This document shows, piece after piece, positions 34,854 to 47,800 of a DNA stretch of 53,622 nt; the first letter of the stretch is position 1, and each line of letters begins with the position of its first letter. The stretch covers positions 62,001-115,622 of the forward strand of contig JALAGF010003973.1 in the NCBI GenBank assembly GCA_030167865.1, given 5' to 3'. Origin of the DNA: Craspedostauros australis. Lineage: Eukaryota. The notes beneath the pieces are model-generated. The model ran no database searches and had not been told where the DNA came from. It saw only the letters and a program-made list of their open reading frames with translations. A program made the position numbers and the translations under genes.

Positions 34854-35433
34854 GGATGAAGCTCTTGATGCGGCAGCGCTGTCCCCGTTGCGTTCGGTCT
34901 TTGCATTCTTGGCGCGAGGTGGAGTTTTCGCGGAAGCCATCTTTGAAATGTGGCCTTTTTCGTCCAGCGCGATCGAGTATAGTGGATGCTGCGTACGAAT
35001 GCCAGGAGCCTCTGCACAACCTGTTGGAGTCACAGCTGTGATGGAGGTGTTATCAGCGATGCCAGTGGTGCCTGTGCTCGTGTAACGTCTTGTTTGCACG
35101 GTGTGTCTCCGTGGATGTTCCGACAGGAGTGTTTCTTGCTGAGCACGATCTGTGGTGGGTGGTATCCGTCTTGCACGGCTGCGAGGGTGGCAGACGGAAG
35201 CTTCCCAACCAAGACTGTTCTCCCTGCTCTATCGGTGTTCGCCTGCGTTTACGACCCACTGATACTTCTGCGCAGTCGTTCTTGCTGGTGACGATGGCTC
35301 GAAGCGTTCTCTCTGTTGCTCTGCAAGGACTTCGCTCCCACGAACGTTGCCTGATGCTCGAGGAGCAAATTGCGATTTGTGATGGGTGGCCGAGTTGGTG
35401 CTTTGGAACTCGAGTGCAAGACCTTGATACCGA

Positions 35434-35486
35434 TATTATTATTATTACTATTATTATTATTATTGTTGCTGTTGTTGTTGTTGTTG
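35434..35486. repeat. Compound (TAT)n/(GTT)n microsatellite
   Basis: Direct reading; upstream of paralog B. Confidence 0.85.
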
Positions 35487-36823
35487 GCACCGCAGTTCGA
35501 GCACTGTGATGCCCCGGAGAGTGGTGGTCGTATGAGGTTGATGCGACGAGTGTGTTGGCTCGGAACCTGTGTGCTGGCGAAGCGCTGCTTGTGAACACAT
35601 TTGCGTGGTGGCGGAGGCGACTTTGCTGCCGAAGAGTATCCGCAGAGAGTATCAGTGTCGGGAGAGAGCATCCTCACACCCTCGCGCCTTGCGCCCGCGT
35701 TCCCACTCGCACGAATGCCCAAACCACATTCGGGTCTGCGCGCACAAGTTCGTGTCCGACTACCAAGAAAAGAGACAAGACAAAGACAAGAGGGAAGGAA
35801 ACTCGATTGTTCTTGGCGGGCGGTCGGGGGAGACCGCGACGCTGAGCATGTGTTGGCCGTGACGACGCGCAGCGGAGCGCGTGGTGGTGGTACTTTTGTT
35901 CTTGTTTTGCTTCCCGTGTTTCATTGCTTGCCCTCGGCTGCGTCTGTTGGCACTTTGCGTCATGGTCTCCCGCCATGTGGTTGCCGTCGCGGTGGTTACA
36001 AATCAGGTGACTTTCAAAAAGCGCGAAACGACGCCGAGCAATCACTATTATTCTCAACGCAAGCTTCCGACGAATATTTGATTTGTATTCGTACATGAAG
36101 TTACAAATTATACGTATTTTAAATTCGGATTGCCTCACTTTCTTGAATGAGTTTGCATGTGCATCGTGACTTCGGTGAACAATTTGAATCTTGGGTATGA
36201 GAGAGTTCCCGAATCTCAAGCGCGACACGGCGCAGCTGCTGCGTCGGTGGTGGCAATGACCTCATCGGACAAACGCCAACTAAATGAGCATCCGACAGCC
36301 AACCGCACTCGGAACCTCCGGTTCTTGTATCGGAGAGTCTGCGAGAGCGCGCGAGAGCATGGCGCGAACTAGAGAAATTACGTAGTGGGAGTAGACTATG
36401 CGGAGAAGCGAGTATAGAGCACCGGCTCTCATGGCCATCACCTCGCTCTTCGGAGTGGTTCTGTCTGTTGCAGATACTAGGTCGTATAGTCGTAGCATAC
36501 TACGACCTCTCTCTCTCTTTGTCTGCGCCGCGCAACTCACATAACCGCTGTCAAAGGGATGGGCAAGCCCATCGCGTCTCGGAGAACTTCCTGCACCCCC
36601 AACTGAGAGCTCGACCATGGCAAGCATTACTATTATTCTATTGTAGTTTATGCTCGTGCCTGCATGGAGTCTCCGTTTCATTCTGCTCTGTTCTGCACTC
36701 GTCCTTGTACTCGTACAATCAAGTACGCTATCATAATGTATGGCGTATAGTCGTAGCACCAAAGAGAGAAGATAGCATGAGCGATTCCATACTCACGGAG
36801 TGGTGGGTATACGCCAAAGCCGA

Positions 36824-38314
36824 CTAGAAATGCACCTGAAGTCCTTGATGAGTAGCTTGAACAGCCAGCGGGCAGATGATCTGGCCGTTCTTGTTCCATT
36901 CTGACCACAGCTTGCCAATTCCGTTCTTCGTCTCCTCGGTGTCGATGTACAAGCATGCGACGGCGTCGTATCCACCTGCACCAGGAACCAGAGCAGCGAC
37001 GACTCCGGGCAGCTGCATCGTGGCATCGCAAATCTCCGTCTGTTCCGCCGGCTCGATGGGCACACCGGCACTATCTCCCATCGCCTTCAATTGCCGCCTT
37101 GTCGTGAGGAACGATTGATGCAGCTCGATCAGCAGCTGAGTCGACGATGACGTGCTGCCATCTGCCAGTGTCTTGGGCCACTCCGATGCGGGCAAGGTCG
37201 ACAAAGTCGCCGCGTCGATCGTCTCCTTCGCCAGATCTTGCAGCAGCTTGGCGATGTGCATGTTCGTCTCCTTCAGTACATCCCAATGCGGAATGTCACC
37301 GTCTGCTCCCACCACGCCGCGTTGCTCCCGTTTCCACGCCAGCACCTTGCGTGCCATACTGGGCGACTCGGATCCTCCGCAAACATCGGCCAGCATGACC
37401 TGCAGACCTGCCGGGATGGGCAAAGGCGTCGTCATGGGGTTGGGCGAGTCGGCGCGCACCCACCGTTGTTGCGCCGCGGCATCGAGCAATCGGCACGTCC
37501 CGCTGCTGATCGAGGTGGGGGATCTTCCAAGCCCCTGCAGCAGATCCGGCAAGGTGCATTTGGGGAATCGACGGTATAGGTGCGATCCGTGCATGGCGGC
37601 GCTGACATCAAACCCGCTGCCGACCTTGCCCTGGGCGTGGCAGTGGCAGATCTGCGCGAGGTTGTGAATTTCGTTCATCCTGTCTTTGTCATCTTCCGAT
37701 GGCGCGGTCTCCTTCTGCGGCGGCAAGTAGTGCTCGTATAGTGCCCCCACCAAACTGGTGGTCAACGCAGCGGAGCTCCCCAAGCCAGTCTTGTTGATGA
37801 TGGCTTTGCCTGTTGTTGGGTCCTGGGGACAGTTGAGGAACGTTCCCAGCTTGCCGATGTTCTCCAACGTGCGTTCCTGACCCTCCAAGTGCGGGATGAT
37901 GCTGTAAAAGTCGTTGTCAGCCTGAATGGTGATGTCCATGGACTCGATGGTGCACTTGTCCTTGAGGAAGGCCAGCACGATACGAAGCGATTTCTCGACG
38001 AAGGGATTATTGGAGGCATTTCCGGATGCGGGGGTCAACGAGCAATCTCCATCGTCGTCGTCATTGTCATTGTCATCGTTGCTGCCTGCGGTGAAGCGGT
38101 AGGTCCACTTCGAGTGGAATTGCGGGCTGTCCACTGTGATGGTTGTTGTGTTTTCACCGTCATTGCCAGCATCTCCAACGGACTGGGACGTGATGGTGGA
38201 GTAGAACCTCTTGTCCGCGGCGACGACATACCCAACGTTCGGTGACTCCAGCACGAGATAGCCACCGGCGAAGAGGATCTTGCCTGGCGCCGAGACCTTC
38301 GTGATCTTCGCCAT
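36824..38314 (-). CDS. PMK: Phosphomevalonate kinase (ERG8/plant-type GHMP kinase)
   Basis: SAPGKILFAGGYLVL, NPFVE, ADNDFYS, KTGLGSSAAL, HNLAQICHCHAQGKVGSGFDVSAA, VPIEP, VPGAGGYDA. Confidence 0.95.
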   Translation of the reverse strand: MAKITKVSAPGKILFAGGYLVLESPNVGYVVAADKRFYSTITSQSVGDAGNDGENTTTITVDSPQFHSKWTYRFTAGSNDDNDNDDDDGDCSLTPASGNASNNPFVEKSLRIVLAFLKDKCTIESMDITIQADNDFYSIIPHLEGQERTLENIGKLGTFLNCPQDPTTGKAIINKTGLGSSAALTTSLVGALYEHYLPPQKETAPSEDDKDRMNEIHNLAQICHCHAQGKVGSGFDVSAAMHGSHLYRRFPKCTLPDLLQGLGRSPTSISSGTCRLLDAAAQQRWVRADSPNPMTTPLPIPAGLQVMLADVCGGSESPSMARKVLAWKREQRGVVGADGDIPHWDVLKETNMHIAKLLQDLAKETIDAATLSTLPASEWPKTLADGSTSSSTQLLIELHQSFLTTRRQLKAMGDSAGVPIEPAEQTEICDATMQLPGVVAALVPGAGGYDAVACLYIDTEETKNGIGKLWSEWNKNGQIICPLAVQATHQGLQVHF

Positions 38315-38819
38315 CGTTGTTCTTGGTCACCTCGTTATCTCTGTCGTCGACACTACTTGCTGCCCCACTCGTTCTCGTACTACGAGTGTGTGCTCGCATG
38401 TAGGTATTGTATATAAGTACGTAACGTATGCAATCGCACCGCACGAATGACTTGATGAACAGCAACAGCAACACCGAAGCCGAAGGCAGACGAAAGGCAC
38501 GAGGAGAGGGAGGGAGGAACGCGGTGTTGGTGGGAGGAACACAACTGACGACGATGATGACAATGACAGAAATACGAACGCGAACGCAAACCAAAAACGG
38601 ACAAACTTGTCCACTTTGTTTTGCCAAGGGAGAAGTCGAACGAGTCGTATACCGAAGCCAAACGCTCGATCTTTGGATCTGTGGTCCGCGCCAACTACCA
38701 ACAACGAAACGAATCGAGTGTAGCTCGCACGAGGAGGTTGTGGATGAGATTAATTGCTTGTTACGAGTAGTCGTACCAATGCTTGTGCTGCTCGTAGTGG
38801 AGTGGGATAGCCTCCGACC

Positions 38820-41486
38820 CTACAGCACTTTCTTGTCAGTGGTCAAGGCGTCTGCGTAATGCTCTGCGTTCTGCAACCAGCTGTCCTTGGTTTGCATGCT
38901 CTTCTTGTGCAGCTGGACAGTGTGGAAGAATGCTGCCTGATCAAGAACGGCGCCCTCCGTTCCGTACGCAGCTGCCTGCCACGCGATGGCAAGCTTGGAG
39001 ATGGCACGGCCAGAGAATCCTTCGGTTTCCTTGACGACCCTCTCGATCTCTTCCGACCCAATGTCGAGGGTCTCCACCTTCTTGGCCCAGCGACCCGGTG
39101 GCTTCAGCAGGTACTTGTCGATGTACATTGCAATCATCGCTCTTCGCTCCTCCTCGGTTGGCAAATCGAACTCCACCATCTCATCGATACGATCCAGCAC
39201 GGCGGAATCGAACTGGGATGGCTGATTGGACGCGTACACCATCATGAAGTGGTCGGACTCGGTTCCTGTGCGGAACAGGAAGGCATTCAGGGCATTGCGC
39301 TGATCCTCTGATATCGTGGAGGTTTCACGGGATTGCAAGAAGGCGTCGGCCTCATCCACAAACAGAAGCAACCCCCGGCGGCTGGTTTTGGCCCAATCGA
39401 ACAGCTTGTGAAGCTCCGTGACAGCGTCCCTTCCCAACGGCGCGATGTCTCCACCGGTCAAAACCGCATAGTCCAATCCAGAATGATGGGCCAGCCCTCT
39501 CGCGAACATTGTCTTTCCAGTTCCAGGAGGACCTATCATTCGGCAATATCGCGCAGAAATGGATCGTTTTGGAGTGGAACATAGAAAATAGCAAAGGCAA
39601 TCGCAATGACAAAGTGACACGGTTAGCGATGGTTTGATATTGAGGCAGACGCAGAGTCAGGTTGCGACCAGTGTGACATGAGCACAGGATGATGCGTTTG
39701 ATGGAATCGAATCAAGCCGGGTTCAATTCAATCCAATTCGATTTGATGGAACGGAATGAAATGCGAAGGAGTGCTGGCGAGGTATGGCATCCGCATCTTG
39801 GCACGTACCATGGAGCAGCAAGTGTCGGAATGGGGCACGGTTTGCCTTGGTGTTGGCCGTAGAAACGGCGATGGATCGCAACTGCGACTCCAGACTCTTC
39901 TCCAACACGATTCCCTTGAGCGCATCCTGCTCTTGCACGCCGATTCCGAACGTCCTCTTGAAGCTCTGGAATGGGTTGCTGGTCATCTGGCTGAACGTCA
40001 TTCGGCTGGTTTCACGCACGAGGCTGGGCTTGCCAAGCCGCGATTCGATGAACCTTCCAGTAATCCCGATGGATGTCCGCGCTGTGTAGACACCGACTGC
40101 AATTCCAGTGATGGTCAACGCCGTGTTGCGCAGCTTGTTCGGATCGTCCAAATAGCTTTGCAGTCCTTCCCCGACGAGCTTGCCTCCATCCTGGATTGCC
40201 TTCAAGACGGTATCGCGTCGTTCGATGGCCTCCAACCGGACCTTCTCCAAGATCAGGTCATGATTCTCACGCTCCTGTCGGATTCGGCCATCCGCCTCGG
40301 CCCTGGCCCTTGCCAGCTCTGTCTTTGTGCGAAGATCAGCCTCGTGCTCTGCTGTCCGTCTGCGCATCTCCTCTTGGCGGGCCACCATCTCCTCCTGCTT
40401 CTTCAATTGCTCCCTACTCATCAAATATAATTTGCAATCGCATCGTCACAATGTTGCACCGTTGTTGCAGTGATGCCGTCGCAACCATGACGTCAGATAG
40501 TTTGATGAAAATTCAAGTTCGAATGAGATGAGATGCTGTCGGACGATGGAATGTGCTTCTTGTCATCGGCATTGATTTGCATTTCTTATATCGCGTCAAC
40601 ATGTCGGGGACAGCAGAAAAAAAGACGCACAGCATGGCAAGTGATTCCGCAAACACAGTTCATTGCATTGCATGGCATGGCGTGACAGCATATCGCAACG
40701 AACGCCAACCGAGTGCGGCAATCGGCGGCAGCAACAGCATCGACACCAAAAATGCGCAAGTCCCAACTCACTCTTGCATGTACTTCTGAGCATTGAGCAT
40801 GTCCACCTGACGCTTTCGCTCCAGCTCATCCATGTATTCGGCACGGTGACGTTCATGCTGGGTCTGCGCATCCAATGTCTTGCGTGCCTCCTCAGCTTCG
40901 CGTTCGATGTTCTGCGCCCTTGCTTGTTGCGTGTAGGCATCCATCTCTGCACGCTTCGCAGATGCTTCATGCTGTGGAATGCGGCAGAGTCGTCAAAATG
41001 GCGATTGCCATCGTCGTTTGCCATAATCGTTTTTCCATCGTGATTGCATGGAAGCACGGTCGATTCCGCCAAGATGCAAGGCAGAGCAAAGGAGAAAGCA
41101 GAAGGTGGGGAATCAAAAGAAGAAGAAATCCGAGCAGGCGTGAGATCTTTCAGGTTCAGGCCAAGTTTCCCCAATCCACGTCATCACGATCATCGTGGTC
41201 GCCGTTACCATCACCGTCACCGTTGCCATCAACGTCAACATCATCATCATGACGATATCAAGGATGCGTCGCGTACCTGCTTCGTGACCTCCTGCGTCTT
41301 GATGAGTTCAATCGCTTGCGATGCATTGCGGCTGCCGTCGAGCTCCCTGGCAGCCTTCGCGGCACGCTCCAACCCCTCTGGATCAAATCCCGTGACGTTG
41401 CCACCACCGCTAGCCTTGGGTGCGTTTTCAGGCGCCATGGCCTTGGACAAGGATTCTCTGTCGTTGTTGCGTCTGCCTCCGAACAT
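38820..41486 (-). CDS. ATAD3: ATPase family AAA domain-containing protein 3 (mitochondrial); 4 exons
   Basis: Exons 41486-41277, 40971-40772, 40413-39809 and 39532-38820, all GT-AG and in frame. GFDPEGLERAAKAAREL, coiled coil, LGKPSLVRETSR, GPPGTGKT, LFDWAKTSRRGLLLFVDEADAFL, GFSGRAISKL. Confidence 0.96.
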
Positions 41487-42171
41487 CTTGGCTCTGGTGA
41501 TTTACTATTCTGCTGTGGTGATCTGGTGGAATGGAATGGAATGGAATTGGTGGTGGGAAATGGTGAATTGCCTTCTTGTGGGATGTTCCTGTGCGGCAAT
41601 CCGTATCCGACGAACAGGTGGTTGTGGTGAAACGTGGACCACGATCTTCTTCTTGGTTGGTTGGTGGGCGTGCGGTTGCGTTGGTGTGATGTGTCGGCCC
41701 TGACGGAAACCGAACGAACGGCATCCACCGCGATGCTTCGTGTTTGGGGTTGCGGCAGATGGTCGGTTGGTGGGAAGGGACACCAACTCTTCGTCTCTTT
41801 CTGTGGTTGTGTGGGTGTCGTGGCAGGTTGCGAACGAACGAAGAACAACAACGAAAAAACGAGAACCATCCGATGAAATCGCGAACGCATGGCAGACTCT
41901 TTTCGTCTTTGACTCATTTGACACGAAACAGGCTAACACTGGCTGCAAGATTGCTGTCTCTCTCTCTAGACAGAATAATAGTAACTTGAAATACAATGTA
42001 CAATCAATAATGGCGCAAGGCGTTGTCAGATTCCAGCTGAGCACCCCGCGAGAATACTATCATATAATATTGTGTATAGTATGTAGACAAAAACTGTTGA
42101 CTCGGGATGTATGTGGCTCTTCTCCGTCCCCGTTCCCCATGTCTGCCATCCCCTCTCCCGATCCTCCCCGA

Positions 42172-43044
42172 TCACAAGGCTGGAAATGTTGGTAACTCAG
42201 AGGGTGCAAACACCAGGGGGTGATCACCGGTGTGCGCCGCATCGTCATCATTCGCAACTTTGACCAACGTCTTGCCCGCTGCGTGGGGCCGTGGCTGCGG
42301 GTACCGGGTAGGCAGCTTCAGATTGTTCCACTGGCCTCTTCCATCGTCGTGGCCATGCGCCGGGGTAGCGTTGGTTGTTGTCGTCCGCATCTTCTCTGCG
42401 CCTGGTGTTGGACGTATCGATGTGGTGATGATGGCGCCGTTGGAAAAGCCAGCTGTGGATGCGTCGCTTGGTTGTGGCGACTCCATGGAGGGCACCACAC
42501 GCCGGAAGAACGAGCGCTCGGGCAGCGAACTTGACGCCAACGGCGCATCACTTCCACGGAGCAGCAGCGGTGGTATCGTCTTGGTTCGTGCATGGTGACG
42601 AGGCGCGCTTGATACCCTCGTATGTTCGTCGGTGTGTGCGCCTGTATCCATCGGTCGTGCGATGTCGGCCTGGCGTGGTGGCACGAAGGGCCCGAACGCT
42701 GCTCCATTCAACGACAGCCTCGGTCTCTTGGAAGTCGCCCCGTGGGTCTTCGGAAGGTCGTTGATAAGGGTGCTCGTGGTTTCTGTGGCGTGCTTGGCAA
42801 CTGGCGCCACGACGAGATCATCACGGGTGCGGTGCGCGTATTCTCCGAACGGATGAGCAGAAGGTGTCGGGAACAGAGCGGGGTTGCAGGCCTTGCCGGA
42901 GTCGTTAAGAGGGAGTTTGGGCGCACGGGTGGATGTGACGAGATGGTCACGCCGCGGCCACGCCATCTTTCGGGTGGGTGGAGGCGAGAGAATGAACGGA
43001 GACAGCGCCTCCCATCGCTGTGGTGTTTCGATCGGGGTCTCCAT
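42172..43044 (-). CDS. Orphan Pro/Thr/Ser-rich, probably disordered protein
   Basis: Stop-free frame of 290 codons from ATG 43044 (open further to 43176) in an otherwise unexplained interval; no recognisable domain. Confidence 0.45.
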   Translation of the reverse strand: METPIETPQRWEALSPFILSPPPTRKMAWPRRDHLVTSTRAPKLPLNDSGKACNPALFPTPSAHPFGEYAHRTRDDLVVAPVAKHATETTSTLINDLPKTHGATSKRPRLSLNGAAFGPFVPPRQADIARPMDTGAHTDEHTRVSSAPRHHARTKTIPPLLLRGSDAPLASSSLPERSFFRRVVPSMESPQPSDASTAGFSNGAIITTSIRPTPGAEKMRTTTTNATPAHGHDDGRGQWNNLKLPTRYPQPRPHAAGKTLVKVANDDDAAHTGDHPLVFAPSELPTFPAL

Positions 43045-43279
43045 GTGCTCGGTGGTGTGACCAGCGCTGGGCTTCGAGCAGCGGAGGTGATCCGATGGTT
43101 GGAGCAGCGTCTGTTGTTGCTTGTTTGGTTGCTGCTTCTGCTTCTGCTTCTGCTTCTGTGGAGTTCGTGGAAGCATATTTTGTGATTCCTTCCTTGTGTT
43201 GCTTGTGGCGTCTTGCTGAACAGATCAACGAAGGGGAATGAATCTCGAAGGCGTAGTCGTTACGTATGCGTTTTGTTGA

Positions 43280-43322
43280 TCTCTCTCTCTCTCTCTCTCT
43301 CTGCGTGCGTGTGTGTGTGTGT
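43280..43322. repeat. (CT)n followed by (GT)n microsatellite
   Basis: Direct reading. Confidence 0.85.
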
Positions 43323-43810
43323 CATACTAATACGCTCTGCACTGCACTGCACTTCGATGCCTTTTCCGCTGCGCCCTGTGACTGGGCTTGTGTCTTGGTG
43401 GATGGTGCAACGCGATGTAGCGCAGAGTAGGTCGCACCAATACTGTGGATGTTTTCTTGCTTGGTCCGTTCAATGCGCTGCCGCAAACGAGAGAACGACG
43501 CCGAGCAAGAAAGACCAAAGCACTTACGCTGTTGTTGCTGTCGTGGTTGCCATCGCTGTTGCTTTGTGCGAAAGAACAAGCACGAAACCAGATGGGAAAA
43601 GGCCACAGAACCCTTTTGTGCTTCCGCAGTTTTGTTGTCCCAGTACGCTCGGTAGGCGCATCCTACATGCTTTGAATCTACCATGTGCCCGCCGCCGCGA
43701 TTGGCACGAGAACCTCGGTAACAAGCGTCATGAAGCGATTTGCCAAGAGCGACACGAAGAAATGTCATTCCAATAAATACCAAGTTCGACTTCACACACA
43801 GTCATCAACT

Positions 43811-43822
43811 TTTCGCGCCAAA
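43811..43822. promoter_or_regulatory. Candidate overlapping E2F/DP-type site TTTCGCGCCAAA
   Basis: Matches the TTTSSCGC consensus on both strands; intergenic between divergent genes. Function untested. Confidence 0.3.
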
Positions 43823-44423
43823 ATCGGTCTGGTGTTCTGCGCTGATTCTGGCAGGGTCGGCGCAACCACCGATCGCGGGCTGTGCTCTGCGAGGCCGCTC
43901 AGACAAACAAGGAAAGCGATTGTACTTGCAGAGAAGTACAAGCCATGGCACACCATCGTACGCGTACCTACGTACGAAACGTCTTAATAGCAGCTAAGTA
44001 CGTGCTCCACTCGCGCAGGTAGATGGCACAGCGTGGCACATCGAATTGCTGCGCACGCGTTCCCACGACCAACCCTCCACAGACCCGCACAATACTGCCA
44101 AAAAAGCAAGAACGCACCCACGCGAAGCACCAGCCCGAGCACAGACACCACAGGAAGTGTTCGTGGTGTGGTTTGGTGCACTATTTTCGCACACAGCACA
44201 ACCATGGAAATCGAACAGTGTACCTTTGTGAAAGACTGTGTGAGCTGTGAGTGTTCCGAGGCAAAAAAGACGTGACGATCACGAGCGTTCAATTGGGCTT
44301 GTGTCTTGTGTTGCAGGCGTCGATTTCGGCGACAGACAGGAAGGTTTCCGAGTGTGTGCAGAAAACTCAACTTGCATTATTTTGAAACCCTGATTCGGTT
44401 GTTTACAGCAGCACTGATCGGCG

Positions 44424-44496
44424 TCACCTTTAGCTCAGTTGGCAGAGCGTGCGACTGTTAATCGCAAGGCCACTGGTTCGATCCCAGTATGGTGAG
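44424..44496 (+). tRNA. tRNA-Asn (GTT)
   Basis: Cloverleaf: acceptor TCACCTT/ATGGTGA (one T-T mismatch), D-arm GCTC/GAGC, anticodon arm TGCGA-CTGTTAA-TCGCA, T-arm ACTGG-TTCGATC-CCAGT, discriminator G, followed by TTTT. Confidence 0.95.
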
Positions 44497-44820
44497 CTTT
44501 TGCCCCATCCTGTCGAGCAAAAAACTGTATTGTGACTTGCGGCACTGCGCAAACGTGCGCCAGGATCTATCATTTTTCTTTCGAACTCTTTTTTGCTGAC
44601 ATCAACCTTCGGCTTCGTCGGTGGCAACTGTTCTCCACATGGAGCAAGATATGTGAAAACGCCACACGAATGCGCAAAGCAAGCGCAATCTCAGCACGAT
44701 ACGCTACAACTCCATCACCGCTGCCGTTGCTGTGGCCATCGTTGCTGTCGCCATCGCCAGACTCTCACAAAAGAAGGCCAACACAAGAATCGACAGCAGC
44801 ACAAGAATCATTCAGTAATC

Positions 44821-47800
44821 ATGTTGGGAAGACAGCCACTGATGGTGTCACGTCGCGTCTTTAGCAGCGGACTGCGACGAAGCACAGCCGCACCATTCGC
44901 ACAGTCTGCGTGGAATATCGCAGGAGACGACGCTGCATGCGCAAGTGTGAAGAGATGGTTCACACCATCGCTATCGCCATCGCCATCACCCGCATCATTC
45001 AGCTGGCAACCGCAGAACAAGCAAGCCCGTGCAGGTGCTTTCGTTGCGACGCAACAACTCACGGGTCTCAGGACGCAGATACCTTCGCGTGCTGATGGCG
45101 CGGTCAGCATGCGTCGTCCCTTTTCGTCCATGGGGAGCATCTTCCCTGGCCAGCAGGGGCAGCAGGAATCCTACCTGAAGCAGTTCACCGTGGACATGAC
45201 CAAGCTGGCAGAAGATGCTGCCAATACAGACGAGAAGGCAGACCCAACAGACGCAACATCCGTCACAAAAAGGAAGATGGATCCCATCATTGGACGGCAC
45301 GAGGAGACGCGAAGATGCTTGCAGATCCTTGCCCGCAGGACGAAGAACAATCCCGTGCTCATCGGCAATGCGGGAGTTGGCAAGACTGCCGTGGCCGAAG
45401 GTCTCGCCCAACGTATCGTCGCCGGCCAGGTGCCTGAATCCATGAAAGACAAGAGGGTTCTCAGCCTGGACGTTGCGTCCATCGTCAGCGGCTCTGTGAT
45501 GCGTGGCCAGCTGGAGGAACGGCTGAAGGGGATCCTCAAGGAGATCCAGGACAGCAACGGGAAGATCATCCTCTTCATCGATGAACTCCACATGATCATG
45601 AACGTTGGAAAGAGCGGTTCGGATGTTGACATGTCCAACCTCCTCAAGCCGGCTCTGGCGCGCGGGGAACTTCAGCTGCTCGGTGCCACAACGCTGGATG
45701 AATACCGCATCCTGGAGAAGGACGCTGCGATGGCCCGTCGGTTCCAGTCCGTGTACGTCAAGGAACCCAACACAGAGGACACGCTCTCAATTCTGCGCGG
45801 CCTCAAGCCTACGTACGAGCTTCACCACGCCGGTGTCAGAATCAAGGATGAGGCCCTGGTCGCCGCCGTCACCTTGAGCGATCGATACATCACGAATCGC
45901 TTCCAACCGGACAAATCGATAGATCTCATCGACGAGGCGTGCTCCAAGCTTCGGTTGGAGCAGGAATCCAAGCCGGAGCCTCTTTGGAACAAGGAACGTC
46001 ACCTCATGACGAAACAAATCGAGCTCTCGGCGTTGGAGAACGAAGAGCAACCAAGCGCGCAGGTCAAGGAGAGACGATCGGTGATCAGAGATCAGGTGAC
46101 GATGTTGCAGGACGAAGTGGAGAAGATGACAAAGGAATGGCAGGATGAGCGTGGCAAGCTGACGAAGGTCAAGGATCTCAAGGAGCAGCTTGCCACCAAG
46201 AAGCACGAGATGGAAGTCGCCAGATCGAGGGGAGATTTCAACAAGGCCGGTGAGCTCCTCCATGGCACCATTCCGCGCCTGGAACAGCAGGTGCAAGATC
46301 TAGAGACTGATACGAGCACGGCGACTGGGAAGTTGCTGGATCATGCCGTGACCGCCGAGACCATCGCCAAAGTCGTGGCCCGCCATACCGGCATCCCCAT
46401 CACTAAGCTCACGGGTCAGGAGGGACAAAAACTGCTTGCCATGGAAGACACGCTACGCACAAGGGTCGTTGGTCAGGATCATGCGTTAGAGTCGGTGGCA
46501 AACTGCGTCCGCCTCTCCCGCACTGGCCTGCAGGCCAAGGACAAAACGCTCGGGAACTTCTTGTTTCTCGGGCCATCAGGTGTTGGAGTAAGTCAGCGTC
46601 GACAAGTTGCTGTTGGTCTGTTTGATCGCTTTGCTTGTGCGAGCGCGAGTATGGCAGGGTGCGCTTGTTTGAACCAAGTGCGAGTAAAGTCCTGCTCTTG
46701 TTTTATTTCGTCTTGATGCAGCTGGGCTTTTCATGCAGTAATCTTGTTGCACTGCATGGCATGATTGTCTCCTCAACCCGTCTCACCCATATTTAACGCG
46801 CATTTTCTGAACCAATTGACGCATCCTGCGCATGAATCTACTCCGTTGGTCGCTCCGCAGAAAACCGAGCTGTGCAAAGCTTTGGCGGAGCTGATGTTTG
46901 ACAATGAAACCGCCATGACGAGAATCGACATGTCCGAATTTGGAGAGAAGCATACCGTCTCCCGTCTCATTGGTGCACCGCCGGGCTGTAAGTTCCACCA
47001 AATCAATGTTGTTGTTCTCTTGCTCCATCTTCTTCCCTGCCCACGGCAGCACGTTTTGGCATGAAGCCCAGTGACTGACACGAACATCTTCCAACTTTCT
47101 TTCGCTCGATCCTGCGCCACATGCTACGTGCCACCGCCATCGCTCTGATCCTTTGATATAGACGTCGGCTACGAACAAGGCGGCGTGCTCACGGAGTCCG
47201 TTCGCAGGAGACCGTACCAAGTTCTGCTCCTCGACGAATTCGAGAAGGGTCATCCAGAGGTCTGGAATTTGCTTCTGCAGCTGTTCGATGACGGGAGGTT
47301 GACAGATTCGCACGGCAATGTTGTAGATTTCACGAATGTCATTGTTGTGATGACATCCAATCTGGGTGCAAAGATCCTCGCAGAACTCCCACCGCAGATG
47401 TTGGGCAGCGAACCGCATGTCGTGCAAAACGTCATGGACAACGCCGTGCGGAAGCAACTCAGCCCCGAGCTCATCAATCGTATCGACGAGATCGTCGTTT
47501 TCAATCGTTTGCAACGGGAGTACATGGACCAGATCGCAGACATGGGGATCGACGAAATCAAGCATCGTCTCCACGATGGTCAGAATATGGAGCTCGAAGT
47601 TAGCCAAGCAGCCAAGGTGTGCTTGGCGGAACGTGGATACGATGTCCGGTACGGCGCCCGTCCGTTGAAGCGAGTCCTCGTCAAGGAGATCCTCAATCCT
47701 TTGAGTCGCCTTGTTCTGGAGGGAACGATCGCGGATGAAGACCATGTTCGGGTGGTGACCAGAGCCGAGGCGCTGAAACTCCAGAAGGACAATCCCGGGG

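Noticed and set aside
44424-44496. tRNA-Asn as a pseudogene because of the T-T acceptor mismatch
   Set aside because: A single mismatch with intact A/B boxes, arms and terminator is compatible with function.
44593-44820. Upstream extension of the ClpB ORF
   Set aside because: Non-ATG start and non-coding-like composition; ATG 44821 begins a plausible mitochondrial presequence.
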